The notes under the pieces: generated by a model
What the model was told of the DNA's origin: nothing
The model's database searches: none
What the model saw: the letters and a program-made list of their open reading frames with translations, nothing else
Shown: positions 38,154 to 45,936 of the stretch, one piece after another
Position numbering within the stretch: position 1 is the first letter of the stretch
Layout: every line of letters starts with the position of its first letter
Program-made: the position numbers and the translations under genes
Origin: Acidimicrobiia bacterium
Lineage (GTDB): Bacteria > Actinomycetota > Acidimicrobiia > Spongiisociales > ZC4RG35
Length of the DNA stretch: 64,000 bases
NCBI GenBank assembly: GCA_965216725.1
Contig: CBDCGI010000022.1
Location: 147,222-211,221, forward strand
Direction of reading: 5' to 3'

Positions 38154-38429
38154 CTAGGCCGCAGGCGCCGGCGCCGGTTCCAGAGGATGGGCTAGCTCGG
38201 ACCCAGCCTGGAGCGTCCTCATCCGTTTGGGGATCAGGCCGAAGGCGATGATCACCGCACCTAGGACGATCAGAGACGAGATCGTGAAACCGGCGTTCAT
38301 GGCGTCGATGAACGCCTGATTGGCTCCGTTCACGACCGTTGCCGCCACCTCGGCGGGGAGCTCGTTGGCGACCACACTGGCCACACCCACTCCTTCGGCG
38401 GCGACTTCTACGAGATCGTCAGGGACCAC
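38154..38429 (-). pseudogene. Possible C-terminal remnant of an MFS (DHA2-like) transporter
   Basis: The 91-aa ORF has one TM helix. ...ANQAFIDAMNAGFTISSLIVLGAVIIAFGLIPKR resembles the last helix and tail of drug-efflux MFS proteins. No upstream coding space exists, because the BNR gene stop is at 38474. Confidence 0.3.
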
Positions 38430-38473
38430 CCCGCCGAGGGTGGCGTCGATGTTGGATCGGCTCGGGTTGAGGC

Positions 38474-40288
38474 TCAGCCCGAGTCAGCGGCGACCGACGC
38501 CAGCTGAAGGGCTTCCTCTTCTCCAGAATCTTCATCCGGCTCTTTGCCGGAGTCAGAACTCGGAGCGTGTACAGGGGTCCATTGCCAGTTGACGGCAACC
38601 GTCTCCAGTTCACCCCCTTCTCTCTCCACTTGGAGTGAGCCAAACAGCAGGACTGAGTTGGCCGTGTTCACCAAAGTACTTGAGGCGGAATCGGCGAAGA
38701 GATCGTCTGTCGGAACCCGCTCCCAGGACACTGCGTCTTGGGATTGCCAGATGACGACCGTCCCTTTTCCCGCAGCTCGTCTGGCTGAGTCGGCGCCGAC
38801 TGCCACGAGACGATCGGCGACGATGCCAAGGTGCTCGATTGAAGTACCGGGTTCGGGCTCAAGAGGCACTCGGTGCCAGACCTTCCCGTCGTCGGAGACC
38901 CAAACGGCAGCGGTTCCTCTCATCAGGTCAGTTCCGGCGAGCACCATTCCCCCCTCATAAGAGGCGAATGCGGCAGTCGAGGCGCCTTCGAAGACCGAGG
39001 TGAGGTCTTCGGGGATCTCCTCCCAACTGTGCCCGTCTGTCGAGTGTGCGACTATTGGTCGTCGATCATCGAGGTTCCGGCCGACTGCGAGGAAACCGAC
39101 TTCGGAAGTGGTGATCAGATCGAACTCTCCCCGAAGTGTGGACCGCTCCCAGGCAGCACCGTCCTGGCTCAGCCAAACGGCGGGGCCGTCGGCATCGCTT
39201 CCCCAGGCCACCAGGACGCCGCCGCCGGCAACTAGCCCAGCGAAAGTGACACTGTCCAGGACGTTGCCCCCGTTGATGCCTTGTTCCCAGTCGTTGGCTG
39301 GCGATCCGTACCAATACGATGTTTTGGCTTTGCCGTTGCTTTGTTCTGAAGACGTCATCAGGGCGCCGTCTCCCCAAGGGACAACCAGTGTGGCTCCGGC
39401 CGGACCAAGCATGGATGCGGTTTCCCAGCGAACGCCGTCGCTGCTGCTCCAAGCGGCGGCGTGCTCGAAGCCTTCTTCATCTAGCGCATTGCCAACGCCA
39501 ATAAGACCGTCCGGGGTGCTAGCGACATTGGTGATCTGCCCATAGGGCGCCAGCTGAAGCATGTGACGGGCCCAATCACCACCGTTCTTCTCGATCTTCG
39601 ACGGTGCTAGAGGGGGCAGGTCTGCCCGCGTGTCCGAAGTCTGCCCGTTGTCGTCCGGATCCTTAGTGTTGTTTCTCTCCCTGGCGCCCCAGAACATGAA
39701 ATAGCCTGCCGCCACGCCGCAGAGGAGCAACAGGACAACAAGTAGTGCGGCGAAGCCGTTTGATCCTTCGCCTTTCGGGCTCGAGTCAGAGCCATCTCGG
39801 ATCGGTCGACTGGAGGCAGCTTCTGTTCCATTCGCCTTGCTCGCCAACGCGCCGCCCGAAATTCCGACAGTAAGTGATTCGGAATCTGCGGGGCTTGTCG
39901 ACGCGTTTGCTCCGGCCTGGCCCTCGGCGGTTGCCGAAGGTGGGTCCGGAGGGATCGTCGAGTTGGTTGAGGTCTCGTCCGCGATCACGATGAACTTGGT
40001 TTTGGCGATGGTCTTGCGAGCCCCGATGTTTTTGACCTTGATGGTGTGGGATCCGGCGACAGCGTCGTCGGGGACGGCGGCTGAATACTTGAACTTTCCT
40101 TTACGGCCGACTTTCGCGATGCCATCGAGTTTCTGGTCACCCCAGAAGATCTTGAGCTTCGCTCCAGGCTCGAAGCTTTTACCACTGACCGAGAATTCGC
40201 TTCCGGTTGGGCCCGACCCGGGATCGACGTCGATTGCGGGCGCAGCCTGCAGGGCGAAGAATATGGCCGCGAGCGAAAGCCATTTCAT
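38474..40288 (-). CDS. Single-pass membrane protein: signal peptide + Ig/IPT-like domain + S/T/P-rich linker + TM helix + BNR/Asp-box beta-propeller
   Basis: 604 aa. The signal peptide is MKWLSLAAIFFALQAAPA and the TM helix is FAALLVVLLLLCGVAAGYFMFW, followed by GARERNNTKD. The C-terminal half has five S-x-D-x-x-x-W boxes: SSSDGVRW, LSQDGAAW, HSTDGHSW, VSDDGKVW and QSQDAVSW. Confidence 0.7.
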   Translation of the reverse strand: MKWLSLAAIFFALQAAPAIDVDPGSGPTGSEFSVSGKSFEPGAKLKIFWGDQKLDGIAKVGRKGKFKYSAAVPDDAVAGSHTIKVKNIGARKTIAKTKFIVIADETSTNSTIPPDPPSATAEGQAGANASTSPADSESLTVGISGGALASKANGTEAASSRPIRDGSDSSPKGEGSNGFAALLVVLLLLCGVAAGYFMFWGARERNNTKDPDDNGQTSDTRADLPPLAPSKIEKNGGDWARHMLQLAPYGQITNVASTPDGLIGVGNALDEEGFEHAAAWSSSDGVRWETASMLGPAGATLVVPWGDGALMTSSEQSNGKAKTSYWYGSPANDWEQGINGGNVLDSVTFAGLVAGGGVLVAWGSDADGPAVWLSQDGAAWERSTLRGEFDLITTSEVGFLAVGRNLDDRRPIVAHSTDGHSWEEIPEDLTSVFEGASTAAFASYEGGMVLAGTDLMRGTAAVWVSDDGKVWHRVPLEPEPGTSIEHLGIVADRLVAVGADSARRAAGKGTVVIWQSQDAVSWERVPTDDLFADSASSTLVNTANSVLLFGSLQVEREGGELETVAVNWQWTPVHAPSSDSGKEPDEDSGEEEALQLASVAADSG

Positions 40289-40386
40289 TCAGTGCTATCG
40301 GCACATAAAGACAACTTCTGGAATTGTCCGGCGGATCTCCGTCTGGGTCTAGCGGCCTATCTTCTCGCCGGGCATCCCATAAACGA

Positions 40387-42000
40387 TCAAGAATGCTCCG
40401 TCTTGACTCGGTAGACGGCAATCGTGTCGGAAACCCCTTTCATGATGCCGTCCTCCTTCCCGACATCGAAAGGCTCGAGGAGCGTCTCGACGCCCTGCGA
40501 GTCATGCACCGGCTCGGAGATGACTACCTCACCCGCATCGGCAAGCTCCTGGATTCGCGATGCGATGTTGATCTCTTGGCCGAAGTAGTCGATCTGGTCG
40601 TTGAGGTTGACAGCAATCGATCTTCCGCGGTGGATCCCGATCTTGATCACCAAGTTGGTCGACGCGGTGGCGTTGAACTCGGCGAGCACGGACTGCATGC
40701 CGATGGCAGCCCGGACCGCTTCGGAGGGGTGGACGAAGGTGGCCATGATCGAGTCACCGATGGTTTTGGTCACCGCACCCGAGTTCTCCGCCACCACGCG
40801 CACCAGGGCGTCGAAATGGCGGCGCACCAGGTCGTAAGCGTTGACGTCTCCGACTTCGTCATACATGAGAGTGGAGTCTTTGAGATCCGTGAAGAGGTAC
40901 GTGAGGTCCTTCACCTGGAGCGTCTCCGACTCGGGGACAGTCTCCGATCTGAACAGATCACGGAATGTCTGGTTGCTGAGGAGCCTCTTCGCCGTCAACA
41001 CGGGCTCGAACTCGACGAAGGCACCCTCTTGGGGGACCGGCGGGTATTGCACCACCCACACTGATGCCTTGCGAGTGCCTGCGTTGCGAACGCTAAGCGC
41101 CAGGGGCCCGGTCGGGATTTGGGCGATGGCCGGGATGTCGAATTTCAACACTCTCTGCTCCGACTCGCCACCGTCGGGCGGAGGGTTTCCGGCGGCAACT
41201 GCCGAATCCTGCCCGGGAGGCATGTACAGCGATCTGCCTTCGGGGATCTCAAGCTGCATCGAGACCAGATCTCTGCCGTCGAGGTCCGTGATCGATCCGT
41301 CCGCGATCTCCAGGTTGAGGCGGGCTCCACTCACCTCCGGGTCGGGCTCAGCTGCGAAAATCGCGCTGATCGGGCTCAGCGGATCCCATACGCCGATGAA
41401 GCTCCGCGGGAGGTCGAGGTCGACGGAGGTGCTCTCCCCGGGCTCGAGATAGCCAAGCAATTTGGTCCACTCTTGGAGAGTTTCGGGCACGGTGAGACCG
41501 CTGGGCAACGGCTTGACGTCGGAGCTGTAGTGGTATTTGAAATAGAAGTCCTCCACGCTGAGTGAGTCCGGATCGTGGAAAATGATCCTGCGAACTTCCG
41601 GCGAGACCGTGAATGCGATCTGTATCAGGCTGTCGAGATCGGCTTCGTTCTGGTTGGTACAAAGCGTGCAGGTGAAATGAGGGTCGAGCGCGCCCAACTC
41701 ACGAAAGCTGGTGAAAACGTTGGAACAGGCGCCGCACACGATCAGCCACTCCATGGCAAACAGGCCGACATGAGCTGCATGGAGGAACAGATCGATCGAT
41801 TCCCTCTCTTCTACACCCTGATGCACTGCGAAGAGAAGCGGGTTGATGCGGAACAGGTCATAGTCGTCACCACTTCTGACCAATGACTCCAGTTTGGAGA
41901 CGACCCTTGGGCTCCAGGGGCGGGCAGCTTCGAGGGCAGTTAGCCGATTCTCGAGCTGAACGTTGTCCAGATGCTGGCTCTCTGGGTTCGGGCCGGTCAT
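40387..42000 (-). CDS. Class III cyclase with a large N-terminal sensor-like domain (DUF5939-like)
   Basis: 537 aa. The C-terminal motifs are LTYLFTDLKDST, TIGDSIMATF and FGQEINIASRIQ. The roughly 350-aa N-terminus has the Cys pairs CGAC and CTLC. The DUF5939 assignment is from memory of that cyclase-associated domain. Confidence 0.82.
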   Translation of the reverse strand: MTGPNPESQHLDNVQLENRLTALEAARPWSPRVVSKLESLVRSGDDYDLFRINPLLFAVHQGVEERESIDLFLHAAHVGLFAMEWLIVCGACSNVFTSFRELGALDPHFTCTLCTNQNEADLDSLIQIAFTVSPEVRRIIFHDPDSLSVEDFYFKYHYSSDVKPLPSGLTVPETLQEWTKLLGYLEPGESTSVDLDLPRSFIGVWDPLSPISAIFAAEPDPEVSGARLNLEIADGSITDLDGRDLVSMQLEIPEGRSLYMPPGQDSAVAAGNPPPDGGESEQRVLKFDIPAIAQIPTGPLALSVRNAGTRKASVWVVQYPPVPQEGAFVEFEPVLTAKRLLSNQTFRDLFRSETVPESETLQVKDLTYLFTDLKDSTLMYDEVGDVNAYDLVRRHFDALVRVVAENSGAVTKTIGDSIMATFVHPSEAVRAAIGMQSVLAEFNATASTNLVIKIGIHRGRSIAVNLNDQIDYFGQEINIASRIQELADAGEVVISEPVHDSQGVETLLEPFDVGKEDGIMKGVSDTIAVYRVKTEHS

Positions 42001-42184
42001 TGTCTGCTCATCTGCTGCCGAGACGATGAGACACTAAGCATCTCGACTTGTGCGCGACCGATCTGACGTGTGCGCGCGAGAAGGTCACCTTGTCACCGTG
42101 TTGGTGAATTTTGCGTGTCGATTGGGCGTTGCATGCTTCGTCAGAGAGATATGTGGCCCAAGGAGGGCCCGGAAAGGGAAAGAA

Positions 42185-42502
42185 ATGGCACAGTTTCTAC
42201 TGCTTTACACCGGCGGATCGGGCATGGCGCAGGATCCTGCCGAGCAGGAGCGGATCATGGCCGAGTGGGGAGCCTGGTACGGGAAGATGGGTGAATCCAT
42301 CGTGGATGGCGGTACTCCGTTCGGCGCATCGAAGAACCTCACCGGCAACGGCGTCGGCGAAGGACCCCTCGGCGACACGCCGGCCACCGGGTACACAGTG
42401 ATTTCCGCCGACTCTCTCGACGCGGCAGCCGTCGCCAGCGAAGACCATCCCCACATCAGCCACGGGGGACAGGTTCAGGTCTTCGAGTGCATCGAGATGT
42501 AA
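42185..42502 (+). CDS. YciI-like (YCII-related) small protein
   Basis: The start is taken at MAQFLLLYTGG (ATG 42185, purine-rich GGAAAGGGAAAGAA upstream). The pattern ...ERIMAEWGAWYGKMGESIVDGG...GYTVISADSLDAAAVAS.DHP....GGQVQVFE fits the family. Confidence 0.62.
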   Translation: MAQFLLLYTGGSGMAQDPAEQERIMAEWGAWYGKMGESIVDGGTPFGASKNLTGNGVGEGPLGDTPATGYTVISADSLDAAAVASEDHPHISHGGQVQVFECIEM

Positions 42503-42533
42503 GACCAACGACCAAAACAGAACCGAGGAAGAG

Positions 42534-42563
42534 GCCGGCGTCCAGAGACGTCGGCGTCTTTCT
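42534..42563 (+). terminator. Intrinsic-terminator-like hairpin after the YciI-like gene
   Basis: GCCGGCGTC (42534..42542) pairs with GACGTCGGC (42547..42555). That is a 9-bp stem including one G-U pair, with a 4-nt loop, followed by GTCTTTCT. Confidence 0.5.
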
Positions 42564-42572
42564 AGCCTGAAC

Positions 42573-43784
42573 TCAGGAGTTGATGACGGCCCTGAGGTGC
42601 TCTGCATCGATCCCGGCCCAGCTGGTGAATTCCATTGGCTCCCGGCTGCTGATCGCAGCTGGGATGTCCCCAACCAACTTGTTCCAGCCGTCTCGGTCCA
42701 TGGATTCCATCAGCTCGACGAAGCTCTCAGCCCGGGTATCGGGTGGGGAGTAGCGGCGATACATCAGAGCGATGGCCTGGAGCATGTCTAGGTAGGGTTC
42801 GAGGTCGGTAGTGGTGGACGCAGCCTCGCTGTCAATCCAGGCCACCGGGACGCGGGGGACGGCAAGTCCAGACTCGATAGTGCAGCGGAGCAGGAGCTCG
42901 ATATCGAACGCGAACTTCTGCTCGATGGCGCTGGAGACCAACGAGGGAACCGCTTCGCCGTTGAAACCTTTGAATCCGCACTGGGAGTCGACGATGTCTT
43001 GCAGCTGGGGCAGCATCTGTTTCCAGATGTAGATGAAGAGCTTCCCCCGGTCGTTGCGGGCCCCTCCTTTGACTACGACAGAGGCCGGCTCTCGTCTTGA
43101 GCCGGCACCGCAGATCGAGCCGGAGTCGAGCGCCTCGACTAGCAAGCCTGCCTGGGCGAGGTTGGTGGACATGTCGGCGTCGGTGTAGCCGATGATGTGT
43201 CCGGGGCGCGACCTGCTGGCCGCCTCGTACATGCCGAGGTGAATGGAACCGCCCTTGCGGCTGTCGTCGGTTGAGTCGAGGTCGGTGGTCGTAGGGTGTC
43301 CGTTGTCGATGGCGTCGGCCAGGTAGAGGACCCGTGCGTTTTGGTCTAGTCCGGCCTCGGCGATGGTCCGTTCCGCGGCGGCGCCGCTTCCGTCGGGGCA
43401 CCCATCGTCGACCATGAGAAGGTCCCAATTGCTGTCACCGTCGAGAAGCCAGCGGAGCTGCCCAGCCTTGGCGTTGACGAAGTCCTCGCCGAGGGGGTCG
43501 ACGTCTGGCGGGAGGATCCGTCTCGTCTCCTTGTACATGGCAAACACGAATGTGAGATGAAGCGGGCCGGGCCTGGTGCCCATGTAGAGCTTGGAGGCCG
43601 CCAGCTTCACTGCAATCTGCTCGGCCAGCGGTGCCTCTCGCTGCGCAAGTTCTCGCTCGAGACGTTTCAGACCTTCCAGATCATGTTGTCTCAGCAGTGA
43701 ATCGGCTATCGACTCGGGGCTGGGTTCCACAAGTCGAAGGTAGCCGCAGTGGGGGAGGGTCAACCAATTTGGCGAAGCGCTCAT
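42573..43784 (-). CDS. Family-2 glycosyltransferase (GT-A fold)
   Basis: 403 aa. The core is LTFVFAMYKETRRI...LLMVDDGCPDGSG...GYTDADMS (DxD-like)...CGFKGF. Confidence 0.75.
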   Translation of the reverse strand: MSASPNWLTLPHCGYLRLVEPSPESIADSLLRQHDLEGLKRLERELAQREAPLAEQIAVKLAASKLYMGTRPGPLHLTFVFAMYKETRRILPPDVDPLGEDFVNAKAGQLRWLLDGDSNWDLLMVDDGCPDGSGAAAERTIAEAGLDQNARVLYLADAIDNGHPTTTDLDSTDDSRKGGSIHLGMYEAASRSRPGHIIGYTDADMSTNLAQAGLLVEALDSGSICGAGSRREPASVVVKGGARNDRGKLFIYIWKQMLPQLQDIVDSQCGFKGFNGEAVPSLVSSAIEQKFAFDIELLLRCTIESGLAVPRVPVAWIDSEAASTTTDLEPYLDMLQAIALMYRRYSPPDTRAESFVELMESMDRDGWNKLVGDIPAAISSREPMEFTSWAGIDAEHLRAVINS

Positions 43785-43872
43785 GAGTTGTCAGCGCTCC
43801 TGAGGCATAGAGGCCGGCGTTGAACCGTTGATGTCAGTCGGACCGGCGAATTCGCGAAGATACGGGACTTAG

Positions 43873-44652
43873 ATGGCTGAAAACGAGGAAATCTGGCACA
43901 AGCTGTTCGGTGAAGGGCACGCGGTTCTCGACAAGGGCCGGACCTTCTTCGGCAAGATCCCGGCCGAGTCCCGCTGCATGTTCTGTCACGGCCCATTCGA
44001 CGGGATAGGCGGTGGGGTGATGGCCATGATCGGGCGGGGCCAGGCGCGCCAGGACCCCCGGGTCTGTCGATCGTGTGTCAAACAAGGCGACAAGCATCCC
44101 GGCGGGGCCCACGTCGACATTGCCACTGTGTTTGCTGACATGAGGGGGTCGACCCAAACCGCGGAGCGCGTTGGCAATCAAGCCTTCCAGGAGCTGATCA
44201 ACCGATTCTTCAAGACTTCGTCCAAGGTGCTAGTAGACGCCGGAGCCCTCCTCGGACGGCTGGCCGGTGATCAGGCCATCGGCTTCTTCGTGCCGGGTAT
44301 GGCCGGGCCAGAATTCGCCCGGGCTGCGTTCGACAGTGCCATCGAGTTGCTGCGCGCTACAGGGCACGGCGACGAAGACGGACCCTGGATCCCACTAGGG
44401 GTTGGTGTCCACACCGGCAACGCGTACGTGGGCCTCCTCGGTGTGCACTCGGGAATGATGGAGTTGACCGCATTGGGCGACGACGTCAACATCGGAGCCC
44501 GCCTGGCCGACGCTGCGGGCGTCGGAGAGATACTTGTCAGTGCTCAGATGGCTGAGCAGATCGAACTAGACACCGCCGGGTTCGAGCATCGGAGTCTCGA
44601 TCTCAAAGGCAAGTCTGAGAAGTTCGATGTCGTGGTGGTGAAACCGACCTGA
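43873..44652 (+). CDS. Small class III cyclase with an N-terminal Cys4 ribbon-like segment
   Basis: 259 aa. The ribbon-like segment is CMFCHG...CRSCVKQ. Cyclase motifs are TVFADMRGST, LAGDQAIGFF and LGDDVNIGARL. Confidence 0.85.
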   Translation: MAENEEIWHKLFGEGHAVLDKGRTFFGKIPAESRCMFCHGPFDGIGGGVMAMIGRGQARQDPRVCRSCVKQGDKHPGGAHVDIATVFADMRGSTQTAERVGNQAFQELINRFFKTSSKVLVDAGALLGRLAGDQAIGFFVPGMAGPEFARAAFDSAIELLRATGHGDEDGPWIPLGVGVHTGNAYVGLLGVHSGMMELTALGDDVNIGARLADAAGVGEILVSAQMAEQIELDTAGFEHRSLDLKGKSEKFDVVVVKPT

Positions 44653-44693
44653 GGATGTTGTTGTTCGTCGCTCCAACATGTCTGGAGCGAGTT

Positions 44694-45089
44694 TCAAGCG
44701 GCGAGGGCGTCCCTGGTCATCTCGAGCCGGGTCCGTACCTCTTCGGCGAGGTCGTGAATTCCCTCCTCTCCGACAAGGTCGAGCATCACCGCCGGATCCA
44801 TGAAATCGACCATCACCCGATCCGGCCCGGCTTGACGTACCACCACGTTGCAGGGGAGTAGCACACCGATCGACGGCTCGTCGGAGACCGCCCGGTGGGC
44901 AAATCCGGGGTTGCACGCGCCCAGGATGAGATACGGCTCGTGATCTACGTCGAGTTTCTCTTTCAAGGTGGCGGCCATGTCGATTTCGCTGACGATGCCG
45001 AACCCATGGTCGGCCAATGCCTCCCGGGTCCGGGAGACCGCTGTGTCGAACTCCTCGGTCATCGTCAGGCTGAAGTGGTAGGGGGCCAT
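44694..45089 (-). CDS. DUF302-domain protein
   Basis: 131 aa. The pattern FGIVSEIDMAATLKEKLDVDHEPYLILGACNP...IGVLLPCNVVV fits the family. Confidence 0.7.
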   Translation of the reverse strand: MAPYHFSLTMTEEFDTAVSRTREALADHGFGIVSEIDMAATLKEKLDVDHEPYLILGACNPGFAHRAVSDEPSIGVLLPCNVVVRQAGPDRVMVDFMDPAVMLDLVGEEGIHDLAEEVRTRLEMTRDALAA

Positions 45090-45162
45090 TGCGCTCCTTA
45101 ACTCGGGTGCTGGTGCAGAAGTTAGGTGCGGTGGTTGCTCTTCGATAGGGACCTACGTCTCG

Positions 45163-45936
45163 TTGTTACCGGTCTTATGGCTGGTGGATGACGACCACCC
45201 ACCGGACCACGCTGGGCGATGGTTTATAGAGTGGTTGGGGATGACCCCCAACGGAAGTGAGCGAGAGATCGGCGCCTCGGAAAGATCTCCTCGCGTTGTG
45301 GAGACAAGGGTGTCATCCGGTCTACTAGCCGGAGCCACCGCCGGAGCAGCCTCGACCGCCGTGTTCACCGTGCTCCACCAGATCTTCATCAGCGCGATCT
45401 GGTGGATGTTTCCGGTGATGCTGGTCGCTGGTGCGGTGTGTGGCGCCTGCCTCGCCTGGTGCTATTCGGAGTTGGTGCCGGGTCCGTCTCCTCGGTCGTG
45501 GGCCTGGTTTACCGCGATGTGGACAGTCATGTTCGGACTCCTGGCCCTCGCATCTTCGGCGTTTTACGAGCCGATCATCACGATGGCCGAAATGCTGGAA
45601 TCCACCGGGGGCAACCCGATACCGATCTCCGAAACGTTGGGGTTGATGATTCCCTTCACTCTCGCCTGGGCCGGCTTGGTCACCTGGCGGTATGGGGCCG
45701 GTTGGCGCGGGTTCGGTGTGGTCGTGGCTTCGACGACGGTGCTCATGCTTCTCCTCGGATTCAATGTCTCGACCATGGGCCTGGTGGAGATCCCGACCGA
45801 AGGTTGGGTTCTCGTCGCAAAGTTCTTCGGCTATCTAGCCGCCTTGGGTGGGGTCTTCGGGCTCGTGTACGCCTTGGTCGTTCGCTGGCCGAAGGGGGCC
45901 GGCGTCCCCGATGCGGTTGGAGCCCAAAAGTCGTGA
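45163..45936 (+). CDS. Hypothetical polytopic membrane protein
   Basis: It has about 6 hydrophobic helices from residue 55 onward. The start is uncertain. Its stop TGA (45934..45936) overlaps the GTG start of the next gene as GTGA. Confidence 0.55.
   Translation: MLPVLWLVDDDHPPDHAGRWFIEWLGMTPNGSEREIGASERSPRVVETRVSSGLLAGATAGAASTAVFTVLHQIFISAIWWMFPVMLVAGAVCGACLAWCYSELVPGPSPRSWAWFTAMWTVMFGLLALASSAFYEPIITMAEMLESTGGNPIPISETLGLMIPFTLAWAGLVTWRYGAGWRGFGVVVASTTVLMLLLGFNVSTMGLVEIPTEGWVLVAKFFGYLAALGGVFGLVYALVVRWPKGAGVPDAVGAQKS

Noticed and set aside
39039-39049. Isolated 11-mer GTCGAGTGTGC, the left arm of the palindromic element, inside the BNR gene
   Set aside because: No matching right arm or flank lies nearby, and the 11-mer encodes part of an Asp-box (HSTD). 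I treat it as coincidence.
43873-44652. Pycsar/CBASS-like anti-phage signalling for the small cyclases (also 30260..31060)
   Set aside because: No adjacent same-strand effector is present (cNMP-binding TM, TIR, phospholipase or nuclease). The neighbours are GT2, DUF302, EamA and RibD_C-like genes on opposite strands. The domains are class III CHD with ordinary motifs. There is no positive evidence for defence.
45402-45932. 177-aa N-terminal extension of the hydrolase-cyclase ORF
   Set aside because: It overlaps the membrane-protein gene in another frame and is Arg/Gly-rich. An in-frame GTG at 45933 gives a normal alpha/beta-hydrolase N-terminus and a GTGA coupling overlap.
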